DNA from: Candidatus Doudnabacteria bacterium
Lineage (GTDB): Bacteria; Patescibacteriota; Doudnabacteria; UBA920
Direction: 5' to 3'
NCBI GenBank assembly: GCA_903908535.1
Contig: CAIVSE010000033.1
Span: 1-53,059, forward strand
DNA: 53,059 bases
Part shown: positions 40,821 to 48,650 of the stretch, piece by piece
Position numbering within the stretch: the stretch's first letter is position 1
Layout of the letters: each line of letters opens with the position of its first letter
Notes under the pieces: generated by a model
The model's input: the letters and a program-made list of their open reading frames with translations, nothing else
What the model was told of the DNA's origin: nothing
Database searches by the model: none
Translations under genes and position numbers: made by a program

Positions 40821-41216
40821 ATGAGAAATAAGAAGGATTTTATTGGCATTTTTTGCGTGTGGTTCTTGGCGGCCGTCGGTTTTTATAAAGCCATTAAGTT
40901 CGCTGTGATCCACGCACCGTATCTCTCCGCATCGGCTCTCTGCCTTTTAGTTTTGTGGGTATGGTGGGCGGCGTTCCGCTGCAGTGTTTCCACCGATTGC
41001 CAACAACAGGTAGAGGAAGAGCGTTGGCGAAGCAAGTGGGACAAATTGGAACCTGCAGACAAGCCCCTTACGTCCCATCAGCCTGGGCCGGTTCCCATAA
41101 CTTTGCGCCAAACCGAAATTTGGCGCCGGGAACTGGACCGGGACTGGCAGAAGGCTAAAGAAAAATCTGCCGCCCGCGCGGCCGGCAGAACCACCGGGAC
41201 GGTCACCAAAAGGTGA
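40821..41216 (+). CDS. Hypothetical membrane protein
   Basis: The RBS AGGAGG lies 7 nt upstream. The product has two TM segments and a charged Trp/Arg-rich tail. Confidence 0.6.
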   Translation: MRNKKDFIGIFCVWFLAAVGFYKAIKFAVIHAPYLSASALCLLVLWVWWAAFRCSVSTDCQQQVEEERWRSKWDKLEPADKPLTSHQPGPVPITLRQTEIWRRELDRDWQKAKEKSAARAAGRTTGTVTKR

Positions 41217-41238
41217 TCGTCCCTTTTTTTATTGCCAA

Positions 41239-42747
41239 TTATTTTTTCCTGAAAAACCGCGGCAGGGTGAAATCTTTCAGCTTCAGCTCCTTGACCCTTT
41301 GGATAATGCTTTTGTCGTGCTCATTTAAATAGTGGCGGATTTTATTCCGGGCATTGCCGGTTTTGGCCGCTTCCAGCCAGTCGCGCGAGAGTTTAACTTC
41401 CTTTTTGCTCTTGATGATTTCCACCACGTCGCCCTTTTTTAGTTCCGCGGTCAGTTTGGCTATGCGTCCGTTAATTTTGGCGCCCATCATGTGGTAGCCT
41501 AAATCGGAGTGGACCGCAAAAGCGAAATCTATGACGCTGGCGCCCACTGGCAAATCCTTAATGTCGCCCTGCGGGGTGAAAATAAAAATGCGGTCGCGGA
41601 AAAAATCTATTTTTAAATTTTCCAAATGTTCTTTGGCGTCGCCGGGCTCGTCTGCCTGCCAGGCCTGCAGTTCCTGCAGCCAGGGCGCCCGCAAAGCCTC
41701 GCCGTTTTCCGGCTTGCCGGCTTCCGCGTAAAACCAGTGGGCGGCAATGCCGCGCTCGGCTTCCTCGTGCATTAAGTCAGTGCGGATTTGGATTTCAATA
41801 ACGTTGCCGCTTTGGTCAAACACGGTGGTGTGCAGACTTTGGTAGCCGTTGGGCTTGGGCGTGGCAATAAAATCTTTGATGCGTCCGGGTACCGGCTGGA
41901 AGTGGGAATGGATGACGCCTAAAATGGAATAGCAGTCGGCCGTGGATTTAGCGATGATGCGCACGGCGATGATGTCGTAAATTTTACTGATGTCACCGTC
42001 GTATTTTTTTAGCTTATTGTAGAGGGAATACAGGCGCTTAACCCGGCCTTTAATATCCAAATACTTAGCGCCCTCGGTGTGGAAAATGTGCCGCAGGTTC
42101 TTGACCATAGCCTTAATGTTTTCGTCGCGGCGCAACAGTTCCTGGTCCAGCAAAGTTTTGGTTTGTTCATAATCTTTGGGCAGGACAATTTTAAACGATA
42201 AGTCTTCCAGTTCGTCTTTCCAGGATCCAATGCCAAGACGGCCGGCAATGGGCGCGTAAATTTCCAGAGTTTCGGTGGCGACTTTTTTCCCTTTGTCTTC
42301 CGGTAAAAATTCTATGGTCCGCATGTTATGCAGGCGGTCGGCCAGTTTGATCATAATCACCCGCACGTCCTCGCCCGTGGCAATAAACAGCTTGCGCAGA
42401 TTTTCCAGGTAGGCGCCGTCCGAGCCTTTTTTTAGGCGGACGTGCCCCAGCTTGGTGACGCCGTCCACCAGGCGGGAAATTTCCGCGCCGAAATCTTTTT
42501 TAATGTCTTCCAGGGTAATTTTGGTGTCTTCGGAGACGTCGTGGAGCAGGGTGGCGGCCAGAGTGGTGGCGTCCGGAAAAATTTGGCCTAAAATTATTGC
42601 CGCCCCCATGGGATGGGTAAAATAGTTTTCGCCGCTTTTGCGTTTTTGGCCGGTGTGGGCCTGCCGCGACAGCTCAAAAGCACGCTTTAAAAGTTTTGTT
42701 TCTTCGGCGCTGAATTTATGGGGAATGGATTTAAGGAAATCGTCCAT
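41239..42747 (-). CDS. rel: Bifunctional (p)ppGpp synthetase/hydrolase, RelA/SpoT homologue (HD, synthetase and TGS domains; no ACT region)
   Basis: It has the HD motif LLHDVSEDT, a RelA_SpoT domain (YQSLHTTV) and a TGS domain (IFIFTPQGDIKDLPVGASVIDFAFAVHSDLG). Confidence 0.9.
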   Translation of the reverse strand: MDDFLKSIPHKFSAEETKLLKRAFELSRQAHTGQKRKSGENYFTHPMGAAIILGQIFPDATTLAATLLHDVSEDTKITLEDIKKDFGAEISRLVDGVTKLGHVRLKKGSDGAYLENLRKLFIATGEDVRVIMIKLADRLHNMRTIEFLPEDKGKKVATETLEIYAPIAGRLGIGSWKDELEDLSFKIVLPKDYEQTKTLLDQELLRRDENIKAMVKNLRHIFHTEGAKYLDIKGRVKRLYSLYNKLKKYDGDISKIYDIIAVRIIAKSTADCYSILGVIHSHFQPVPGRIKDFIATPKPNGYQSLHTTVFDQSGNVIEIQIRTDLMHEEAERGIAAHWFYAEAGKPENGEALRAPWLQELQAWQADEPGDAKEHLENLKIDFFRDRIFIFTPQGDIKDLPVGASVIDFAFAVHSDLGYHMMGAKINGRIAKLTAELKKGDVVEIIKSKKEVKLSRDWLEAAKTGNARNKIRHYLNEHDKSIIQRVKELKLKDFTLPRFFRKK

Positions 42748-42838
42748 ATTGTGTATTATGACGGATTAAGGCGGAATTTACAATAAGAAAAGCCCCGTCT
42801 GCGTTAAGCAAGCGGGGCCGGCCCAAAGGCCGGAAGAG

Positions 42839-43360
42839 TCATTCCGGGAACCATATATCCAGCTGGTTCCGGAGTTTGAGGTAGAACGGGCCGGTTTCAT
42901 CAAACCGGTGGCAGAACCCTCTCATGTCGAGCTCCCGCCACAAACCGTTTATGAGGATGTGAAAAATTTGGCGCTGATCGCACACCTTCGGATAGCTTTC
43001 GCCGTCTTCGGCCATGACCAGGTCCGAGTTAACCATCCAGTTTTGGCTGCCCGCGTTGTTCCAGGCCTGGAGGATCTCGTCCAGGGAGTCTGACACGGAG
43101 CGGTCGTCGTAAACCGCAAATGTCAGGAATTCGCCGTCCGAACCTCGGGTTGAGAAGTGCTTAATTTCATAGAGCAGCTCTTCGCGCCCCAGGATGACAT
43201 AGAGGCGGAAGTCAAATTGCCTGCGGCCGTATTGGTCACGCCATAAAATGCCTCTGGCTATGGGACCCCGTAAAAGACTAAAACACAACTTCTCCGCCAA
43301 AATTTGGTGTTTGATGGCCAGCCGGGTCGGCTGGCTGACAGCTACTGCAGCCATCGCCAT
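42839..43360 (-). CDS. Hypothetical protein (173 aa)
   Basis: The start was set at MAMAAV, with GGAGG 9 nt upstream. No family was recognised. Confidence 0.55.
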   Translation of the reverse strand: MAMAAVAVSQPTRLAIKHQILAEKLCFSLLRGPIARGILWRDQYGRRQFDFRLYVILGREELLYEIKHFSTRGSDGEFLTFAVYDDRSVSDSLDEILQAWNNAGSQNWMVNSDLVMAEDGESYPKVCDQRQIFHILINGLWRELDMRGFCHRFDETGPFYLKLRNQLDIWFPE

Positions 43361-43455
43361 TGTATTGTCCTCCTTGATTGTATTGTATAACAATTGCGTT
43401 TCGGTATCAATTATTATATGATGAAAGTGTAAACCTGTCAATAGCCTTTATTTTT

Positions 43456-44382
43456 ATGCCAGAACTTCCCGAAGTCCAAACCATTGTTTCCGAATTGAAC
43501 CGGAAACTTAAAAATAAAACTATTAAATCGGCGGCAGTTAACGAGCCGAAAATGGTCAGTCTGGGGCCGCGTACCGTGAGTAACCGGCGGTCAGTTCCGG
43601 CGCGCGACGTTAAGGTGTTTATTGGTTTGCTGAAGGGGCGGATAATTCTTTCGGTCAAACGGCGGGCAAAGCTGCTGATATTTGACTTGTCCGGACAGTT
43701 AGCGATTTTAGTTCATCTTAAAATGACCGGGCAGTTTATTTTTGAGGACAAAAGATTGCGGTTGCTTACCGGCGGCAAATATAAAATGTTCAATAATCCG
43801 GGCGCGCCATTGGTGCAATTACCTGGCAAGCATACCCACGTAGTCCTTACGTTTACGGATGGGTCACATCTGTATTTTAACGATATCCGCAAGTTTGGCT
43901 ACATGAAGCTGGTGCGGGAAGATGAACTGGGTTCGGTGAAAGAATTACAGGGCTACGGGCCGGAGCCGCTGGGTAAAAAATTCACGTTTAATGTCTTTCA
44001 ATCCATTTTATCCCAAAGGCCCAAGGGAAAAATTAAGCAGGTGCTGATGGATTCTTCCCTGGTGGCCGGCATCGGCAATATTTACAGCGATGAAATTTTA
44101 TTCCATGCCAAAATCAGGCCCGCGCGGGCGGTGGCCGGCCTTACAGAAAAAGATATTAAAGCCGTCTATAAATACATCCCCTTTGTGTTAAAAAAAGCCA
44201 TTGCGGCCAAGGGCTCCAGCGTTGGCGACTTTGTCAGAAGCGACGGCAGCTGGGGGCAAATGGGCAAGTTCCATTTTGTCTACGGGCGCAAAGGCCAGCC
44301 CTGTAAAATTTGCGGGACTCCGATTGAAACAGTCAGGATGAACGGGCGCACTGGCTCGTATTGCCCGAGCTGCCAAAAATAG
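43456..44382 (+). CDS. mutM: Formamidopyrimidine-DNA glycosylase
   Basis: It starts MPELPEV, has an H2TH region (LMDSSLVAGIGNIYSDEILF) and a C-terminal zinc finger CKICGTPI...YCPSCQ. Confidence 0.9.
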   Translation: MPELPEVQTIVSELNRKLKNKTIKSAAVNEPKMVSLGPRTVSNRRSVPARDVKVFIGLLKGRIILSVKRRAKLLIFDLSGQLAILVHLKMTGQFIFEDKRLRLLTGGKYKMFNNPGAPLVQLPGKHTHVVLTFTDGSHLYFNDIRKFGYMKLVREDELGSVKELQGYGPEPLGKKFTFNVFQSILSQRPKGKIKQVLMDSSLVAGIGNIYSDEILFHAKIRPARAVAGLTEKDIKAVYKYIPFVLKKAIAAKGSSVGDFVRSDGSWGQMGKFHFVYGRKGQPCKICGTPIETVRMNGRTGSYCPSCQK

Positions 44383-44391
44383 CGCTTTCAT

Positions 44392-44575
44392 TTTTCCCCT
44401 GGTCCCTCGCCGACTGGCTTTTTGGGACACGCTCATGTTTCTCCAGCGGAAACACTCGCTCATAACTTTGTCCAAAAACTTTATTTTACTGCTTTAAAAT
44501 AAAGACCAAGCTTTTTGGCCAAAGTTATGGTCCCAAAAAGCCAGTTCGGCTCGGCCTAGTATGGGAAAAATGAAG
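44392..44575 (+). repeat. Nested-hairpin intergenic element, copy 4
   Basis: TTTTCCCCTGGTCCCTCGCCG / ACTGGCTTTTTGGGAC (perfect 16-bp pairing with GTCCCAAAAAGCCAGT) / ... / CGGCTCGGCC..GGGAAAAATGAAGC. Confidence 0.88.
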
Positions 44576-44584
44576 CAATTCAGA

Positions 44585-44768
44585 CCCCTAATTTTTTAGC
44601 AAAGACCGAGCCGTTGTTGTTTTTCGGGACCGTCAGTTGGCCCAAAAAGCCTGGTCTTTTTGACTTAAAGTCAAAAAGTTTTTGGGACAACTGCCGAAGG
44701 AGTATTTTTGCTGGGAAAATACGACTGTGTCCTGAAAAACAACACGGCGAGGGACCAGGGGAAAATGG
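44585..44768 (-). repeat. Nested-hairpin intergenic element, copy 5 (convergent with copy 4)
   Basis: The reverse complement aligns module by module with copy 2. The 21-nt terminus is identical to that of copy 4. Confidence 0.88.
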
Positions 44769-44825
44769 AGGCATGGAGGCTTTGGCGCCTTTACTCGCCA
44801 GGCCCTATTTGTTAAACTTAATTAT

Positions 44826-45314
44826 ATGGCTATCAAACTTGGCAACCAAGCTCCGGAAATTAACTTGCCGGATCAGGACGGAAAAACGCACAAACTTTCT
44901 GATTACCTCGGCCAGTGGGTTTTGGTTTATTTTTATCCCAAGGACGATACGCCGGGATGCACTGCGGAAGCCTGCAGTCTGCGCGACAACCTGCCCAAAT
45001 TCGCCAACACCGGCGCCGTGGTTTTGGGTGTCAGTACCGACAGCGTGGACAGCCACAAAAAATTCGCGGATAAGTATAAACTGCTGTTTACTTTGCTTGC
45101 AGACGAGGATAAAAAAACCGTGGCGGCCTATGGCGTGTGGCAGGAAAAAAGCATATATGGCAAAAAATATATGGGCATCGCGCGGACATCATTTTTAATC
45201 AGTCCTGCCGGCAAAATCGCCAAAATTTATGAGCAGGTCAAGCCGGAAGCCCATGCTGAAGAAGTTATTGAAGATTTGAAACAATTAAAATCCGCCAGCC
45301 GGCTGAACAAATAA
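44826..45314 (+). CDS. bcp: Thiol peroxidase / peroxiredoxin Bcp
   Basis: The motif FYPKDDTPGCTAEAC is present in a 162-aa protein. Confidence 0.9.
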   Translation: MAIKLGNQAPEINLPDQDGKTHKLSDYLGQWVLVYFYPKDDTPGCTAEACSLRDNLPKFANTGAVVLGVSTDSVDSHKKFADKYKLLFTLLADEDKKTVAAYGVWQEKSIYGKKYMGIARTSFLISPAGKIAKIYEQVKPEAHAEEVIEDLKQLKSASRLNK

Positions 45315-45317
45315 AGT

Positions 45318-45620
45318 ATGTTTAAATTTTTTGGCGGCCCCGAGAAAACCGCCCCAATGTCCCCCGTCGAATCCGGGGAAGATAAATTAAAACGCCTGGC
45401 GGAAGAATACAGGCTGCATTTTGGGGACATAAGGGAAATAAAGATGACTGATGTGGAAGCGGCGATCCAGCATAAGATTTTGTCTGATATAAAAAGGCAA
45501 AGTTCGGATTTTGGGGCCACGACACATTTGGACATTTACCGGCTGTTAAAAAGCCATAACGTGGAAAATGTCTTGGCCGCGGAGATTGCTACAAAAATTA
45601 ACGACTTGGACAAGGCATAA
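45318..45620 (+). CDS. Hypothetical protein (100 aa)
   Basis: The ORF begins 4 nt after the bcp stop. No family was recognised. Confidence 0.55.
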   Translation: MFKFFGGPEKTAPMSPVESGEDKLKRLAEEYRLHFGDIREIKMTDVEAAIQHKILSDIKRQSSDFGATTHLDIYRLLKSHNVENVLAAEIATKINDLDKA

Positions 45621-45662
45621 AAAAGCCTTTATCGGTCAAGGCCAATTTGTTACTATTTAATT

Positions 45663-46880
45663 ATGCCTAAAAAGTCCTGTCCTTACTGCGGCAACAATCC
45701 GGTGCCGCATTTGATCAATTGGTATTTCGAAAGTTTAAACGTGCTGTTTACGCCCATCCGCCAGCGCCTGTTTTATAACGCCCTGTCGGAAAAAATAGGG
45801 AAGATGGCCCAAAATTGGGATTTGGGCTTAAAGGCCGTGGGTTTGCTACAATCGGTAAAAATTATCACGTCCCAAAGCGACATCCATGCCTGCAAAGTCG
45901 GGCGGGCGGAAGTTTTGTGGGAAGATGCCCTTAGGCGCGACATTAATATGCAAGAATTACTGCTGTTTGGTCGGCCGTTTGATACCTACCTTGCCGAAAA
46001 AAACGGGCGGACTATTTTATTCAGCGGTTTGCCGCGGCCAAAAAATTACAGCAAGTCAGCGCTGGAAACCATGGATGACAAAATAGCGTTAAAACATAAA
46101 CTTAAGGAAATAAATTTACCGGTGCCGCGGGGCGGCGTGGCCCTTACTTTTTTACAGGCCAAAAAGATATTTAACGAAATTAGCAAGCCGGTAATAGTCA
46201 AGCCGCGCGAAGGCAGCCGCGGCCGTCACAGCACCACCCATGTTTACACTTTAGAGCAGCTGAAGAAAGCCTTTAAAGTCGCCAAGCAGTTATGTTTGTG
46301 GGTGATTGTGGAAGAACATTTAAAGGGGCCGGTTTATCGCGGTACAGTGATTAACTATAAAACCGTTGGCGTATTGCGCGGCGACGCGCCCAGGGTGACG
46401 GGAGATGGAACCCATAGTATACTCGACCTGGTCACTGCCAAAAATGCCGCGCCGCATGAACGGATAGCGGATATAAAATTAGATGACCGCGCCAAAGTTT
46501 TTTTGTCCAGGCAAAATTTAAGCTTCGGATCCATTCCTAAAAACGGCGAAGTCGTGGAGACTTCGGAGAAAATTGGCTTGAGCTATGGCGGCAGTTCCAG
46601 CGAAGATTATGACATTTGCCACCCGGATAATCTTAATATGTTTGAAGACGCGGCTAAAATAATGGGCGACCCAATTGTGGGCTTTGATTTTATTATAGAG
46701 GACATTGCCAAATCCTACAAAGAACAAAAGTGCGGATTTATAGAAGCCAATTCTTTGCCGTTTATAGATTTGCACCACCATCCGCTGCTCGGCCGGCCGC
46801 GCAATGCCGCGGCCGCGGTCTGGGATTTAGTCTTCCAAAAGGACATTGGCTCTGTCTGTGTGGAAAAATTAAGGTTTTGA
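45663..46880 (+). CDS. ATP-grasp enzyme resembling the N-terminal ATP-grasp module of cyanophycin synthetase (no Mur-ligase module)
   Basis: The segments DDKIALKHKLKEINLPVPRG, PVIVKPREGSRGRH, VIVEEHLKGPVYRGTVIN, PRVTGDGTHSILDL and FIEANSLPFIDLHHHP follow the recalled CphA ATP-grasp pattern. Confidence 0.7.
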   Translation: MPKKSCPYCGNNPVPHLINWYFESLNVLFTPIRQRLFYNALSEKIGKMAQNWDLGLKAVGLLQSVKIITSQSDIHACKVGRAEVLWEDALRRDINMQELLLFGRPFDTYLAEKNGRTILFSGLPRPKNYSKSALETMDDKIALKHKLKEINLPVPRGGVALTFLQAKKIFNEISKPVIVKPREGSRGRHSTTHVYTLEQLKKAFKVAKQLCLWVIVEEHLKGPVYRGTVINYKTVGVLRGDAPRVTGDGTHSILDLVTAKNAAPHERIADIKLDDRAKVFLSRQNLSFGSIPKNGEVVETSEKIGLSYGGSSSEDYDICHPDNLNMFEDAAKIMGDPIVGFDFIIEDIAKSYKEQKCGFIEANSLPFIDLHHHPLLGRPRNAAAAVWDLVFQKDIGSVCVEKLRF

Positions 46881-47055
46881 TTTTCCCCTGCCATAGAGGG
46901 AGTCGGAACCATTTTTTAGGACCGTCAGTTGGCCCAAAAAGCCTGGTCTCCGACGATACGTCGGAGTTTTTGGGACAACTGTCGAGTGCAGTATTGGCGC
47001 TGGCCAATACAAACGTGTCCTGAAAAATGGGCCGGCGACGACTTTGGGGAAAATG
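46881..47055 (-). repeat. Nested-hairpin intergenic element, copy 6 (fills the whole gap between two convergent genes)
   Basis: It has TTTTCCCC...GGGGAAAA termini. The P2/P3 helices match copy 5, while both side hairpins are replaced by unrelated but still self-complementary sequences. Confidence 0.88.
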
Positions 47056-47058
47056 AAA

Positions 47059-48336
47059 CTATCTTAGCCTCCACTTAATCTGTTCCTCTACTAATAGTTT
47101 AGGCAAAGCGTACCTGAGCCGGCTAAGGTTAACCACCTGTTCGGTTGCGGCAGTGTGTTCTGTGGCCACGGGCGCCAGGCTGGTGCCGGAAAAAGCCTGG
47201 CTGGTCTGGCCGTCTATCATCAGTTTTAAGTAAAAATTGAACTTGTCCAAATTGGCCAAATCCCGGGCCTCAAACGGCTGGAATTCGCGTGCCAGCATTT
47301 CGGCGTCTTCCTGCCCGACCTGAAAAGCCAGCAGGGTACCGCAGTTGCCCAAAATGGCGGTCTGGATTTTTTTGGGCAGCTGGGCGAAATATTGGTTGGT
47401 CAAATGCACGCCCAGGCCGTATTTGCGGGATTCGGAAAGCATGCCGGCAAAAGTTTCGGTGGTTAAATTTTGGAACTCATCCACGTACAAATAAAACGGG
47501 TAGCGCTGTTTGGCGTCCACAGAGGCCCGTTTTAACACCGCGGCCTGCAGCTTGGAAATGACGATCAGTCCCAGCATAAAAGCGTTGAGCTCGCCGATTT
47601 TACCCTTGCTTAAATTGACCAAAAAAATTTTTTCACCGGTCAGTATATCATCAAAACTAAAACTGCCGCGGGTTTGGCCGATAATATTGCGGCAAAGTTC
47701 ATTGCCCAAAAAGTGGCCGAATTTGGAATTAAAGTAATTCAGCATTTCGCTGCGGTGGAAATCGGAAGTCCGGGACATTTGGCCGCCCCAAAATTCCCGC
47801 ACCAACGGGTCGGCCACATGCGAGCGTTTTTTAAGCTCAAAATTTTTATCCACAAACAGCTTGGGAATTTCCGCCAAACTCGCGCCGTGGGGATCCGCCA
47901 TCAAAGTTAGCGCCGCGTTGCGCAGCCAGTGCTCAAACTGCGGGCCAATAATGCCGGTGCGTTCGGGATCGAATAATTTGTAAAAAATTTCAATGAGTTC
48001 GCCGACCAAAAAATCCTGTTCGCCTTTGGTCTGGGCTTCCAGCAAATTCAGCCCCACCGGGAATTGGCCGTCCGCCGGGTTTAAGTAAACCACGTCCTCC
48101 AGGCGGGAAGCCGGAATGCGCGAAAGCAGCCATTCCACGCTTTCACCGTGCGGGTCCACAAAACACACGCCGCGGTGGTTTAATATGTCCTGCAAAGCCA
48201 TGTTGGCAAACAAAGTGGATTTACCCACGCCGGTTTTGCCTATCATATACATATGGCGCAGGCGGTCGGCATTGTTAAAAACAATGGGTGTGGATTTTCC
48301 TCTGTAAATATTATGGCCTAAGGTAATGGAATTCAT
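47059..48336 (-). CDS. Soluble P-loop ATPase of the VirD4/TraD/HerA (FtsK-like, DUF87-type) class
   Basis: It has Walker A GKTGVGKST, VDPHGE, Walker B FYLYVDEFQN and SESRKYGLGVHLTNQ. There is no N-terminal TM segment. Its start overlaps the upstream stop (ATGA). Confidence 0.75.
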   Translation of the reverse strand: MNSITLGHNIYRGKSTPIVFNNADRLRHMYMIGKTGVGKSTLFANMALQDILNHRGVCFVDPHGESVEWLLSRIPASRLEDVVYLNPADGQFPVGLNLLEAQTKGEQDFLVGELIEIFYKLFDPERTGIIGPQFEHWLRNAALTLMADPHGASLAEIPKLFVDKNFELKKRSHVADPLVREFWGGQMSRTSDFHRSEMLNYFNSKFGHFLGNELCRNIIGQTRGSFSFDDILTGEKIFLVNLSKGKIGELNAFMLGLIVISKLQAAVLKRASVDAKQRYPFYLYVDEFQNLTTETFAGMLSESRKYGLGVHLTNQYFAQLPKKIQTAILGNCGTLLAFQVGQEDAEMLAREFQPFEARDLANLDKFNFYLKLMIDGQTSQAFSGTSLAPVATEHTAATEQVVNLSRLRYALPKLLVEEQIKWRLR

Positions 48337-48629
48337 AAAAATATTTGTTCAAAATATTGCGTGTCCAAAACATTGCTGTATTTGGAGCGGCTTGCCGCGA
48401 TGTTTTTATCCAGCCCCAAAAGATGTTCCAGTTCCTGTTTTTGCGCGTTAAGTTTTGCTTCCAGCATAAACAGCAGTTTTCGGCTGATGTTGGGCCTTAA
48501 ACTTTCCAGCATTTGGAATTCTAAACCCATAAGAGCGCCGACATCTTTGGGCGTCAATTTTAAATCCTCCGGCGGCTTGGGGCCCGTAGAGGGGAGGTAT
48601 TCGTTAGATTTTAACAATTCTGGCGGCAT
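48333..48629 (-). CDS. Hypothetical helical protein (98 aa)
   Basis: It lies within the operon and is translationally coupled to the downstream ATPase. No family was recognised. Confidence 0.6.
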   Translation of the reverse strand: MPPELLKSNEYLPSTGPKPPEDLKLTPKDVGALMGLEFQMLESLRPNISRKLLFMLEAKLNAQKQELEHLLGLDKNIAASRSKYSNVLDTQYFEQIFL

Positions 48630-48650
48630 ATAGTAAAGGTTTAATATTCT

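Noticed and set aside
44614-45198. 194-aa plus-strand ORF
   Set aside because: It starts inside repeat-element copy 5 and then runs out of frame through bcp. The bcp frame carries the peroxiredoxin active site.
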